Shown here: one piece after another, positions 1 to 13,047 of the stretch
How the letters are laid out: every line of letters begins with the position of its first letter
Position numbering within the stretch: position 1 is the stretch's first letter
Origin: Eledone cirrhosa
Taxonomy: Eukaryota
Assembly (NCBI GenBank): GCA_964016885.1
Contig: CAXHJY010001288.1
Coordinates: forward strand, 1 to 64,000
Length of the DNA: 64,000 bases
Direction: 5' to 3'
Position numbers and translations under genes: made by a program
Notes under the pieces: model-generated
What the model was told of the DNA's origin: nothing
Databases searched by the model: none
What the model saw: the letters and a program-made list of their open reading frames with translations, nothing else

Positions 1-225
1 ATCCTGAACCACCCTTGGGTCGTCCACCCGCTATAGGGGAATTTATTTTGTTATATTTATGGATAGTTTATTTTATATTTTTTATATCTTCATTGTTAAA
101 TTAGTCTTGCCATTGTGCACTTTTACTCGACCTTATTGTAACCCCCCACTGTCCCTGTCTTTGTATTGTCCCCTACATGTCAGCCCTTGTGGCTAATAAC
201 TGAAATCATTATTATTATCATTATT
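1..225 (+). mobile_element. Probable 3' end of a LINE with (ATT)n tail
   Basis: Pyrimidine-rich 3'UTR-like sequence ending ctaataactgaaatcattattattatcattatt. Confidence 0.35.
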
Positions 226-235
226 TGTAGCAGAA

Positions 236-460
236 GGGCAGTAGATTTAGCAGAATTGTTAGTGTCCGGCAAAATACTTTACTGTATTTCGTTCGGTGCT
301 TTACGTTCTAAGTTCAAATCCTGCTGAGGTTATCTTTACCTTTCATCCTTCCAAGGTTGATAAAAATAAAGTACCAGTAAAGTTCCAGGGCTGCTATAAT
401 TGACTTTCCCCTTGCAACAAGTTGCTGGCCTTGTACCTAAATTAGAAATTATTCTTATTT
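236..460 (+). mobile_element. tRNA-derived SINE
   Basis: A-box-like TAGCAGAATTGTT, B-box AAGTTCAAATCC, shared core cctttcatccttccaaggttgataaaa..gtaccag, tail ggccttgtacctaaattagaaattatt. Confidence 0.75.
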
Positions 461-599
461 GTAGGGGAGTATATGGAGATAGAATGCTGGTTATTTTCTG
501 TCTTTAAGGACAAACCTAGTTTGTTGGTCTTACAAACATTTTGACATTGATATCTGTCTATCTAGGGTGGGTAAAATTCGCGAGATCCATGGACGAGTT

Positions 600-925
600 C
601 TCTTCAGTGGTCTCTGTCCTTCATCATCACTACCATGTCCTGCGTCTCCCAGAGACCAGTGTCTGTCGTTAACGCATCAATATATGTTAACCTCAGTCTC
701 CCTCTTCTAGTGTGTCCATGTAGGGGCTCCCACAGGAGCACTGAGTACAGTGTCAACTCTGAATGTCAGTGAGCATGTCCAACTAACTTCAGTCTCCTCT
801 GTGTTACTTTCGAGCTGACTTTTGGGAGGCTCCCATACAACTCTGAGTTCTTCATCTTCAGTGTATACTGATTAATGTTCAGAGTCATCCTCAGCATTCT
901 TGTGTAGCACCCATCCACCATCTGC
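600..925 (-). mobile_element. Degraded LINE (RTE-like) C-terminal fragment
   Basis: Minus strand reads LYGSLPKVSSKVTQRRLKLVGH...LLWEP..GHTRRGR, an RTE-type RRL..GH...GRP pattern. Confidence 0.6.
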
Positions 926-1382
926 TAATATGATCAAAATGGTTCTGTTAATTTGGATATTTTCATTTATAACAACTAGATATTATTCATTAGCATTAAA
1001 TGTCCATTTATTAAGAGGACATGGTGCTAAGCATTCACTGACTGTGCTTAACAAAGTGATCTGCCTTACAGTTCAAAAATAGCTACAATAAGAGTTGAAC
1101 CTGAATTATTGAATTGCTGATGTTATCTCTGCAGTAAAATGAGTTGATGGCAAAAACACTCAACTCTTGGTGATTCGGTTTTCCTAGTTGCAGAGGAAGT
1201 CGGTTATTTTGTTAACTTGTAATTCCAGGCTCAATATTGCTGTTAGTGTCTGGAGAGGAAATATACAACATCTGTTTTATTCTATAATTATGGACAAGTT
1301 TCTATTTGAGTTATTAGTATAAACAGTCAAGGGATCAAAGTATCAAAATCATATTTTCAAAAATATTTTTATTATTTTAAAT

Positions 1383-1701
1383 GATTAGAAACCCAAACAA
1401 TGTGTATAAAGAATTAGAAGCCCAAACATTATGTATAAAGAATTAGAAGCCCAAACATTGTGTATAAAGAATTAGAAGCCCAAACATTGTGTATAAAGAA
1501 TTAGAAGCCCAAACATTGTGTATAAAGAATTTGAAGCGCAAACATTATGTATAAAGAATTAGAAGCCCAAACATTGTGTATAAAGAATTTGAAGCCCAAA
1601 CATTGTGTATAAAGAATTTGAAGCCCAAGCATTGTGTATAAAGAATTAGAAGCCCAAACATTGTGTATAAAGAATTAGAGGCCCAAACATTGTGTATAAA
1701 A
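1383..1701. repeat. 29-bp minisatellite, about 11 copies (AATTAGAAGCCCAAACATTGTGTATAAAG)
   Basis: Directly visible tandem repeat. Confidence 0.97.
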
Positions 1702-1895
1702 CTAGTGTTTTAATGCTATGAACTTTTTAGCATTGGTTAATGGTGGAAGTTTGAAAAAGCATAAGCTTTAGTTGAAGTCATCCTAAAATGTCCTTGATAA
1801 AAGCTGTTAGAAGTTGAAGTTAAAGATTATAGATGTTTGGGTATATATTTCTTTCCCTCTCCTATATATTACAGAACAGGTTTTATCATTGATTA

Positions 1896-1951
1896 ATGGT
1901 TGAGCAAACCTTAGTTGAATTGAAATCCTTAGTAGATTTTTTCCTTCCAAG
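1896..1951 (+). CDS. PDXDC1: Candidate first coding exon of PDXDC1 (MVEQTLVELKSLVDFFLP+AG)
   Basis: Pyrimidine tract and ACAG acceptors at about 1874/1879, in-frame TGA just upstream of ATG 1896, donor AG|GTCAGT at 1951. It ends in phase 2, which fits the next exon at 12278 (AG+G = Arg). Protein similarity is weak. Confidence 0.4.
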
Positions 1952-4900
1952 GTCAGTAATCTCCATTATGTTGTTAGAACATAGGACAACATGCTTTGTG
2001 GTATTTCTTCTGGCTTTCTGTGCTCTGAGTTCAAATCCCACCATGGTCAACTTTTCCTTTCATTCTTTCAGGGTTGATAAAATGTGGTGGATTAGTAGAA
2101 TTGTTGGAACATTGGATGAGATGCCTTACAGTATTTCTTCTGGCTATTTGTGTTCTGAGTTCAAATTCTACTGTGACTTACTTAGGGTGATAAACTTAAT
2201 TCATAACCCAGTTTAACACCACACCTTGACTTTTGGATATCTTTAGTGGTGTCCACTCTGCAGCAAGCAGCATTCAAACCAGGACTCCTGATTAAGGATA
2301 CCTTCCTTCCCCACTAATCTTGGAGGCTCTGAAAAGGGTCATGGACACTGCTCTTCCCCACCTGACTAAATAGTTAAAAGAAAACAAAGAAAGCTATCTA
2401 CAAAAGATACAGATAGTGAAAATCTTATTAGCAAACAATCATCATCATCATCATCATCATCATACATCTGCTCTCCATCTGGCCTGGATTTTATGGGTTG
2501 TCATGATCTGAGACAAAACAGGTTGCTCATACATTCTATATTGACATAGTTTCTACTGCTGTATGACCTTCCTAATACCAACCACCTTATAAGGTGTACA
2601 TGGGATCTGCACAACAACTTTACAGAGTGTACCGTGTATTTTATTGTGGCACTAGTACTAGAGAGGTTGTCTAGCCTGAAGTCCCCTTTCAAACCCTATA
2701 CTGTCTCTGTTAGCCAACAGTTTTTAAAAAAGAAATAACTATGGTATCCAGAAAAGACAGAAAGTAAAAATCTTAGCCATTAAAAAAAAAAAATTTAACC
2801 CAAGGAAAATTGAAAGAAAGTTTGAAATCTGTTGAAGCAACAGATGGTTTGTATAATACAGTTGAAGCACTGACATCTAACTAATGTTACTCTGTAAATA
2901 TAAACTGGTATGAATTGTTGCAACTGTGCTGATTCAATACAGACAATCTTTGCTTAGTGTTTTCAAAATCATTTGGTAGTAAAAATTGCTCTCTTCCTCT
3001 TCCTCCTCTCTCCTCCAACTTATATTTGGTATTTCCAGAGGAATATTTCAATATTGTATGTTGCTAGCATGCACTGAATATTGAAAATGTTTGATTATTA
3101 CTGTATTAGACATGACAACCTCATTAGTGTCAGTGATTTACATAACATACGATCACCTAATACACTCTGTAAAGTGGTTAGTGATAGGAAGGGTATCTAG
3201 CCATAGAAAACCTGCTAAACAAAGAGTCGGAAAGACTCTTTAGCTATGCCAAAGACACGACAACTTCCTTAGTGTTGGTGCCACGATAAAATACACCTGG
3301 TATCATATGTTTAGCCCTTGACTCACCTGGAGGTCAGCAGCTTCACTTGAGTACTGCTAACAGAGAAAATGAACATTAATTGATGATGATGATAGATATA
3401 TACACTATGTCACGTTTGAAGCTTGCCTTACTGAAATCACCTGCTTGAACATTTTATGTAAATCTAACAGAAAAACTACCCTCCAATTGTGTTTCTGCTG
3501 TTGCATTATTTGTTTTAATGTATTTATCAAAGTCTGCAAATATAAGTAAAAGGAAAACTACATTTTTGAAAAGCAAATGATGCAAACTTGATGCAAAATG
3601 GCAACCACCAAAACTTAATTAAACAAAGTTGGTATATGAACTTGTATTAAGCAAGGGAATGATTGAAACAGTCCAGCACAGCACCTTTGGCAAAATTCAA
3701 ACCTGTATCAGTTTTTCGAATAAACTGTTTTTCTTATCGACTCACAGATGTTCCATAGCCTCTCTGCTCTGAGGGTGTAGTGAAATGAATTTGCATATAA
3801 TTGAAAGGGGAAATTTCTGTCATGGTGGGAGACAATATGAACTTATAATGATATATTTGATTTTGAGGTTTATTTACTTTTATATTTAAGTACTATACTG
3901 ATATTTGTGAAAGTCAGAAAGCCATGCTGGCACATACACAGAAATTTACATTTATTATTATGGATGTCTGAATTTGCAGTACTATCCAACCCCTTGTTAT
4001 TAAGTGTGTCCCAATATTCAGTATTTCTGAGAGTATTTAAAATAAATGCTAGAGCTACAACCAAATACAAATGTTTATTGACATTAATGCAAATTATCGA
4101 GAGCTAAATTGAATATTTTATTAATTGTATCACAGTTCCAGCACTACGAGACGGTTACTATAAATTTAGTTTTTTGGTTTAGTCAGATACGGAAGGGTAT
4201 AGCCCATGAGACTTTTTAGGGCCTCTGAGTTTGTTGGAAAGGAGAGATGCAGCTATCCACAAATATTAGTCCTGGTCTGAATGCTTACAAGAGAGTAAGA
4301 GTTGCGTGATGGTGTTAAATTGAGGTCACAAATTAAGTCTACCACACAAGTAGGCTGCAACAGGATTTGAACTTACTCAGTGCCTAAATAAATATTGCAA
4401 TTAATCTCATCCAATTCTATAACATTTCCGCCAAGCTACCACACTGAACTGGGATTCTATTTTTATCGTCTCTGAAAGGATAAAAGACAAATTTGACAGT
4501 GGCAGGCTTTTAAAATTCAATGAAAGACTCTACTTGCTCATGAACAATACTGAAACTTTAGAAATGCTAGGCTACACAGTGACTTTCCATGACACAACAA
4601 AATCTCATGAATATTGTCCCACTTTTGTTGGTCTTAAGAAACAATTTACATACAAATCTTTTGTGATTTTAAAATATTTCTTCAGATATCAACATTCTTA
4701 TTGTGATATATTGTGATCTTAGGCAAAGCAAATTATACTGTAGGCTTAGCCTACTTTGCTGAAAATAAAAGCCACTCTTGCTTTATGGTTTGGTGGTTTG
4801 AAATAGGAGACACCTAGTTGTAAAACTGCACTTACTTTAACAATTCACATCTAAATATCTGAATTTGAATTTAATTTTTTTTTCACAATAAAATACACCC

Positions 4901-5684
4901 AGTGCACTTTGTAGTATATGTGTGTGTGAGACATATGTAAGCGAATTGCAACTCCCGGTCAGTCTGAGAGAGAGGCCAGTAGTTCCGATTAAATATTGAG
5001 TTGGTCTGTGATGACCCATCTATCTCTAGCTAGCAAGAAAAATGGAAATTAAATGGTGATGATGATGAGCCTACTCACGTCCCGTGCCATGCTGCTCTCA
5101 ATGAGATCATAAAGCATGGCTTGGACTGCACAGGTTTCCCTTCCCAGCTTGAGCCAGTGGGGTTGAACTGAGGAGACAGCAAAAGGCCATACAGCATGAC
5201 AATCTTCCCATACATGCTGTGACATCTTTTCTAGTAACAACCTGGTGTATTCGGTTACCAACCCTGGCTCTGCTGCCTGCCAGGTCGAAGACAAGAAAAT
5301 TGTCCAACTATCAATTGCTCTCTGATAGGTTTGTGGTAGAGCTTGTAGCAGTGGAGACTTCTGGTGTTCTTGACCTCCACTGGACCACATCCCTGCTTAC
5401 TGTTAGCAGATCTGAGTTGGCTGCCCGCAGGGACGAGCCCCACAAGGTGGAGTGGCTGTTCCATCACATCTTCCTCGTCATCCTCTGGGGAAATGTATTT
5501 TCCACCCTGTCAGCCGGGACCAAGAGGTGGAGAGTAAGTTAGTTGGAGGTGGAAGATACTTGTTTGGACGTCACACATATACATACATAATGAAGCTTGC
5601 ATGCTCCGATGGATGTGTAATAGTAATATACACGAACGGCAAAGCATAAACGAATTGAGAGAGAGACTGAGCATAAGAGGAATC

Positions 5685-6180
5685 AAATGCTGTGTGCAGG
5701 AGAGGAGGTTGTGTTGGTATGGACATGTGATCGTATGAAGGATGACAGCTGCATAAAAAGGTGCAAACCTGGGATGAGGTGATAAAAGCCGACCTTACCC
5801 AATTGCACCTCACAACGGCGATGAAACTTGACTGTGACCTCTGGTGTCACAGAGTAATACAGAAGACCCGACTTCCCACGGGTACAAGCTGAAGCTGAAG
5901 CATATAGACAATATCCCCCATCACCTCCCACTGCAAAGTGGTCGTGGAGGTGCCACGACAAAAAAGCACCCAGCCCACACTGTAAGGTGGCCGTGTAGGC
6001 GCCACGGAAAAAAGCACCCAGCACTCACTATAAATGAGGTTGGTGTTAGGAAGGGCATCCAGCTGTAGAAATAAAGCCAAAATAAGTTCCCGCATGAGCA
6101 AGACAAGGTCACCCGACCTGGCATTGCCCCTCTAACCCATGCTAGCGTGGAAGAATGGACATAAAATGATGATGATGAGT
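5685..6180 (+). mobile_element. RTE LINE 3' fragment, same family as 13815-16262
   Basis: Near-identical to the reverse complement of about 13820-14370, with an internal deletion. Ends in a (GAT)n tail. Confidence 0.88.
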
Positions 6181-6440
6181 CAACCGTTGACACACTCCAA
6201 GGAGTTAATTCCAATAGTAAAATATGCAATTGTCATGGATTCAACACACAATCTCAGATCAAGTCACGTGCAAATACAAATATGGTTAAAATGACTCTTC
6301 CACAATGTAATTCCTAGTTTCAACACACTGTCTCAAATCAGTTTCCTTGTCAGACAAGTACAATTGTAGCTCAACTAACTCTTCCATTGTGTTTACATCA
6401 AGCCACTTACCAGACAAGTTGATTGCCTATTTAATAACTT

Positions 6441-6556
6441 CTACCACCAACACCAACACCACCACCACCACCACCAACACCACCACCACCACCACCAACA
6501 CCACCACCAACACCACCACCAACACCACCACCAACACCACCACCAACACCAACACC
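6441..6556. repeat. (CAC/CAA)n compound microsatellite
   Basis: Directly visible. Confidence 0.95.
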
Positions 6557-6837
6557 TTATTAGAAATCATTCTGACAAGTTTCACATGAAGCACGTTCCT
6601 ATCTTATAAATGTTTATTGACTTTGTTGATTTATAGATGCGCCAGGTGGGACACGTAACAATCAAGATTATTACCATATTGAACTTATAACTATTCAATT
6701 ATTTTTCAATATCTTTATATTTTACTAAGATACATGAACAAACAGTTGTGCATTATAAAAGCAAGGGCAGTTTCAGGCAGTTTGTTTGAAAAGGATTACA
6801 GAGTTATCTAGAGTTTTAAAAAAGATCTTGAAATATC

Positions 6838-7501
6838 TAGTGGAACCTTGGTTCACAAACTTAATTCGTTCCTGAAGGCCGGTCCTCACCCGAAATGTTT
6901 GTAAACTGAAACTACTTTTCCCATACAAAATGTTGAGAGAGAAATACAGTGAGAGAGAGAGAGACTGTGTGTGAAAGACAGATAGATATCACCATAGTAA
7001 CTAACTACCTCCATAGGCGCTGAACTGGCGTGCTGCAGGTGTGAGCCTCAGTAGTTGGAATGGTTCTTCCAGCGCATCTCCCTTACCATCCACCGGGGAA
7101 ACGTCTTCTCCATTCTGTTTGGTGGGGCGGCCAGCATGTGGGACCACATTTGCTCATAGTGGTGAGAGATGTGGAGGGCAAGAGAGAGATGGAGGCGATG
7201 ACAGTGGAAGTTCAGCTTCTCTTTGTTCGGACCTGGTGTACGTGTATGTGCATGCTTACTGTCTTATTATATAAACATATTTATTCTCCATTGTTGTTTT
7301 GAGGTTTTCACTTAGGAACTAACTATACAGCAAGTGATGCTTTCCTGCTGATTCTCCAAGCTTGTTGCCAACTGTTGTTGCTGGCTTGCATGTTTGTTAC
7401 TGGAAACACCGTTCGTGAACTGAGACATTTTATGTTAAAAAAAATTGTTTATGAACCGATTAGTTTGTGATGAGAGACATTTGTGAACCGTGGTTCCACT
7501 A
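6838..7501. mobile_element. Tigger/pogo-like MITE
   Basis: Terminal inverted repeats tagtggaaccttggttcacaaa and tttgtgaaccgtggttccacta at TA sites. No coding capacity. Confidence 0.75.
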
Positions 7502-7639
7502 TATCTTAATATTTTGCTGCATGAGTTTAAACAAAATATACATTAATGAAGTGTTTAATTTTTTAATAGCACTTTATTAATGGATATTTTGTTTAAACTT
7601 ATGCAGAAAAATGTTAAAATATATCTTGAGATCTTTTTT

Positions 7640-8050
7640 TTAACCCCTTAGCATTTAAACCAGCCATACCTGGCCAGAATTCTCTCACCTCTTTCTGTTC
7701 AATCTGGCTATAACCAGTCCCTCATACCGATGTTAAGGTATTGTTCTCAAAATACATAATATCAAAATCTCATAGATTCAATATTATGTGAAATATTGTT
7801 ATCAAAAGGATTAAAGAGTTATCTATAGCTTTAACCCTTTACATTACTCTATATTTACTATTATATTTTCACAGTAAACACTTTCTCACATAATTATCTC
7901 AGATAATATCGAATCTATGAGATTTTGATATTATTTATTTTGAGAACCATACCTTAACATAAGTATGAGCAGCTGGTTTTGGCTGGTTTGAACAGAAAAA
8001 GGTGAGAGAATTCTGGCTGGATATGGCTGGTTTAAATGCTAACGGGTTAA
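7640..8050. mobile_element. Two inversely oriented piggyBac-type MITE copies
   Basis: TTAA|CCC...GGG|TTAA termini. Copy 7640-7795 is partial and inverted relative to copy 7832-8050. Confidence 0.8.
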
Positions 8051-8499
8051 AGTAAATTTGAACACATTTTGAAATTCCCCCTTTTTGACTTCTCTATATT
8101 AACATCCAATGCTATCTAATGTTAAATAAAAACATAGTGATGAACCTTTCCATCACCATATTTCTAATGAAAATTACTGCTTTTGGATTATCAAATGATT
8201 TTGTATATAATCAACAATTCAAAAGGGTTTAGTTATATTAATAATTTTCTCATTATTGAGCTGGTGTTTAGAGCGTAACTCAACTAAGATTCTTACATAA
8301 AATTGTGATGGAAGGTTTTTAGTTAGATATAAACAGTTTGGGGTGATTTCAAGTGGTTTGGTATTAAAAGGGTTAATCTGGTTAATACACCATATAATCA
8401 TGTTAATCATGTGCCAATACACACATACACATTAAAGCATGTATGTGTGTGCATTTGTGTTTGATATATATCACATACATATACACATGCACAAGTGTT

Positions 8500-8728
8500 T
8501 TAACCCTTTAGCATTTACATTACTCTATATTAACTATTATATTTTCACGGTAAAGGCTTTACCTCACAGAATTATCTCACATAATAGTGAATCTATGAGA
8601 TTTTGATACCATTTATTTTAAGAACAATATCTTAAGATCAGTATGAGGGGCCAGTTACAACCGTTTTGAACAGAAAGAGGTGAGAGAATTTGGGGTGGAT
8701 ACAGCCGGTTTAAATGTTAAAGGGTTAA
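8500..8728. mobile_element. piggyBac-type MITE (about 225 bp)
   Basis: TTAA-CCCTTTAGCATTTA ... TAAATGTTAAAGGG-TTAA. The same family occurs at about 10990-11180, 35228-35434 and 43910-44124. Confidence 0.85.
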
Positions 8729-9534
8729 GACAATTCCCCTCTCCACCCAACTAAATAGGGTTAGCCATGCAGGCCCCATGATAAGCTTCTTACTCATCTT
8801 TGGGTTGTTTTTAAGGCAATGTTTTGCAGTTAGATGCCTTCCCTGATGTCAATCTTTTTAACATTTTACAATATGCAGGGATATGGTGTACTTATTCTAA
8901 ACCAAATACACATAGTGGTACCAGTTTTTGATATATGCCATCAACATTTAATGTCTGTTTTTACATACTAGCATGGGTTGGATGGGTTGTTATAGACTAA
9001 GTCAGTACTTAATCAGAGCTATTGTCCTCATAAGTGGGCCAGGACCACATCTCATTTACATTTTGTATGGCTTTTGTACATGTGGATGCCTTCCTAACTC
9101 CAACCACTTTATAGAGTGTACTAGATGCATTTTATGTAACCAGCACTAGGGAGGTTCTCATGTCCTTGACATACTTTGTTTGGTATGTATTGTTTCTCTG
9201 GCTGGATGCTCTTCCTAACTCTGACTTTGTTACAGAGTATACTGGGTGCATATTATTGTGGCACCAATACTAGAGAAGATGTGCCTGTGACATGACTGAA
9301 AAGTTCTCTTGGACCTTTTTTGGTAGAGTTACTATGGTGAAATGCCATTCCTAACACCAACTACTATACCAGGTGTACAGGGAGCACTTTAGTATTAACT
9401 AAAATTAGTAATTATTGTTTTAGTTATTCAATAACTAAAGAAAACATTTCTAGACATCCAAGACTACAGGAGACAACTTGATTTCTCGTAATCTAAATAC
9501 CAGCAGAGAAACAAGAAAATACTGAAAAAAGAGA

Positions 9535-10202
9535 TGAAAATAATAATAATTGTTTCTACTTTAGGCACAAGGTCAACAATTATCTCAGTGTATTACTGGT
9601 ACTTTATTTTATCGACCCCGTAAGGATGAAAGGCAAAGTTAACCTTGGCGGGATTTGAACTCAGACCATAAAGGGCCGTAACTCTTTGCTGCAAAGCATG
9701 GCGTCCGACCCTCTACCGATACTGCCAATCCACTGTAATGATTTCTACTTTAAGCACAAGGCTAGCAATTTTGGGGCAGGGGAAAGCCGATTAAATCGAC
9801 CCCAGTGCATTACTGGTGCTTTATTTAATCAACCTCGTAAGGATGAAGACAAAGCTAACCTCGGCGGGATTTGAACTCAGATCGTAAAGAGTTGTAACTC
9901 TATGCTGCAAAGCATGGTGTCTGACGCTTTACTGATACTGCCAACTCACTGCCCTAATGAAAATAATAATAATTGTTTCTACTTTTGGCACAAGGTCAGC
10001 TATTACTCCAGTGTATTACTGGTACTTTAATACACTGGAGTAATAGCTGGCCTTGTGCCAAAAGTAGAAACAATTATTTATTTTCATTATGGCAGTGGAT
10101 TGGCAGTATTGGTAAGCGTCCGACACCATGTTTTGTAGCATAGAGTTACGCCCCTTTATTGTCTGAGTTCAAATTCCACCGAGGTTTAGCTTTGCCTTTC
10201 AT
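9535..10202. mobile_element. Cluster of tRNA-derived SINEs (two on - strand, then a foldback copy on +)
   Basis: Repeated GGATTTGAACTC (reverse-complement B box), core gtactttattttatcgacccc and tail aattgtttctactttaggcacaagg. Confidence 0.85.
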
Positions 10203-10514
10203 AAAAATAAATAATGATAATAAAAAGTCTACTTGGAGATATGTGTCATCATCATCATCCTCATTCTACACCTGTTTTTCCACGCTTCCATGGGTATATA
10301 TGTAGAAAAAGGACATTTTAAGTCCAATTTGAGAATGAAGCAATTGAAACGTAGTGTAGAACAAAGAAATGTAAAGATAGAATTAACAGGCTGGAACATT
10401 TTAGATTATTCTAGAAATATTGTACATATTTATCCACTATCACCATCTTCATGACTAACTAGTATCTTTACATATTACATTTTGGTTACCAGTGCCTATG
10501 AATCACCACCTACA

Positions 10515-10656
10515 TAGTAGTGGTAGTAGCAGTAGTGGTAGCAGTAGTAATAGTAGTTGTAGTAGTGTAGTAGTGGTAGTAGTGGTCGTGATAGTGGTGG
10601 TGGTTATGGTGGTAGTAGTGGTACTGATAGTAGTGGTAATAGTAGTAGTATAGTAG
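10515..10656. repeat. (TAG/TGG)n degenerate microsatellite
   Basis: Directly visible. Confidence 0.9.
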
Positions 10657-11964
10657 GTAAATCATATGATTGGTTACAAGAAATAAATGATGAAATAGAT
10701 ATAATAAAAGTTGTTAAAATAAAGTTGCCCTGATGTCATCTTAGCTGTTTCATCTCCTTGGTGTTTAAATCTCAAAATTGTTCTATAGAATAAAAATATA
10801 AACACACATAAACAAATACAACTAACTATTGCTAGGAACCTCACAAATACAATATAAGAAAATATATGACCAGAGCGAGAGAAAGGAATAAAAAAAAAAA
10901 AAAGTGAGAGAAACAAAAACAAAAACAACCATCAATTCACCACCAAGTGCAACAATTGGCCACACATCACAAGAGTCAACTAAGTTTTAATTCTTTAGCA
11001 TTCACATTACTCTATATTTACTATTATATTTTCCCCGTAAAGGCTTTATCTCACATAATATCGAATCTATGAAATTTTGATATTATTTATTTTGAGAAGA
11101 ATACCGTAACATCAGAATGAATGGCCAGTTCGAATAGAAAGAGGTGAGAAAATTCTGGCTGGATATGGCTGGTTTAAATATATTCCTTTACTAGTTCCAG
11201 TCTTTCCAGACTTTCAAAAGTGTAATTTATTATATCAAACCTAACTACTTATATTATTAACTTCGAAAGGATACAAACCCAAATTGATCTGAGCACTAGT
11301 TGAACCCAGAATATAAAGAGATGCCACTGAATACCAGAAGGTATTTTACCCAATGCTTTACCAATTCTGCCAGCCACCATTCTTAAATATGTGAACCATT
11401 TCAGAAATTTGTTTACATAATATCTTGTGTGTATTTCAGATTTAAGAATATGTACTGCTTTATAAACATACTTTCCTATCTTATCTTGAAGTTATTTAGT
11501 ATTGCAACTGTGGGCTGCTTTAACCGTTTTGATACCAAACTGCTTGAAACAACTCCTGCATCTATGATAGAAAGCTGTTTATTTTAAAGTGTTTATCATC
11601 ATCATCATCATCAGCATCATCATCATCATCACCATCACCACTTTCCCATGCTGGCATGAATTTGGACAGGGTGGTTTGAGTTAATGTTTTATAACCAGAT
11701 ACCCTTCCTGATGCTAACCCTTTTAGTCATCTCTTATTACATGGTGTACCTAGTCTAAAAATCAGGATACACATGGCAGGTTTATATTTATCTAAAATCC
11801 TTCTCCCATAATTCCATGTGAGGACCATTGCTAATTTATGCTCCAAACACCAGCTTAATATGAACAAATTTATATTATTAAATCCCTTCAGATTTAAAAA
11901 AAAAAAATTATTTTCACATTCGGAGTTGAAATCCCACCAAGGTTAGCTTTGTCTTCGTCCAAGT

Positions 11965-12195
11965 TTTACCTTTCTCTCATACTTACATTACACATCCAAC
12001 GGAGCTTGGTTGTTTCATTTCTCTCCAGTCTTCTGCAGTCACTGCCCATGTTTCATTACCATGCAGCATCGCACTTCGTACACAGGCATTGTACAATTGT
12101 CCTTATGTACACAGGGAGAAACCGTTTGATGTCAGCAGTGGGAGTATCTCTCTAAACTTCTTCCAACCTATCCTTATTCTAGCTATTATGTTCTG
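11965..12195 (-). mobile_element. Degraded RTE internal fragment
   Basis: Similar to about 14425-14655 (cacatccaacggagc..., aaacttcttccaacc...ctagctatt). Confidence 0.65.
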
Positions 12196-12277
12196 TCTTT
12201 CTAATTAGTGAACGTCTATCATTTGTACTTGTCTTTCTTATCAGTGAACATGTATCATTGTATTTTTGTGTCCCTAG

Positions 12278-12433
12278 GTCTACCAACCTACCAACATTGG
12301 ATGCCATCAGTCATGCCTCCTTAATTGGTCATTGTTTGGCTGCTTATGTATCAACATTAAGTGAAAGTCATATCAAAACCATCTCCTCCAAGATTATATC
12401 TGACTGCCAATTTATGCTGACCCGTTTATTCAA
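12278..12433 (+). CDS. PDXDC1: PDXDC1 exon (STNLPTLDAISHASLIGHCLAAYVSTL...MLTRLF)
   Basis: ccctag| acceptor and |gtatgt donor. Translation resembles the recalled vertebrate PDXDC1 segment GHMALLGHSLGAYISTL...ILSD...RIFR. Confidence 0.88.
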
Positions 12434-12857
12434 GTATGTATACTCTTGTTTCAGCTGTTTCATATCTTGCTGAGAAAACAATAGCAAATAAAAGGAAATT
12501 TAATTCTTAACTTCTTGTAATGATTGAACCTCATAAAGGAGATGACAAAAGACCCCTGGTAGTGAGGTGGTGCATTTGTGAAGACCTGTAATCTATATAC
12601 TACTAAAACTCTGATTGTGTGCTTGTCTAATGTAATACAGTCAAAACGGCACATAATGAGAAAATACTTTGAAAGGAAGTTGCCCCTGAAATGGGAATAC
12701 AAATGGAATAAAACAAGTTTCACGTAAATCGGGGTATGGGTTTAATGTGTGCGTATATGTTTAAGTATAATATTTATATTTATATGTACTTTGTGTGTAT
12801 GTGTATGCATCTATATATTTATACACACATATATATATATATATCTTTTATTTCAAG

Positions 12858-13047
12858 ATTTTCTGATGCTTCTGTCTACTATCACAAGGAAGAATTTGAT
12901 GGCTTAATGAAGGCTTGTAAGCTGGCTTTGCACCAGAAATATCCTAAATACAGTACTGAGGGATTTGAGGCATTGTACTCGCGCCCACCAGTGATATATT
13001 TTAGTGCTTCTGCTCCTGCAAACCTTGGACAGAGTTTGTGCATGCAG
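12858..13047 (+). CDS. PDXDC1: PDXDC1 exon (FSDASVYYHKEEFDGL...PPVIYFSASAPANLGQSLCMQ)
   Basis: tttcaag| acceptor and |gttagt donor, phase-compatible with neighbours. Matches recalled PDXDC1 YFHEEEREGL...KPVIYLSAAARPGLGQYLCNQ. Confidence 0.93.

Noticed and set aside
1383-1701. 29-bp repeat as a CRISPR array or as parent of the 23-bp satellite
   Set aside because: No spacers. The shared ACATTGTG core is too short to support common origin.
6347-6589. Thr/Asn-rich 80-aa ORF
   Set aside because: Translation of a (CAC/CAA)n microsatellite.
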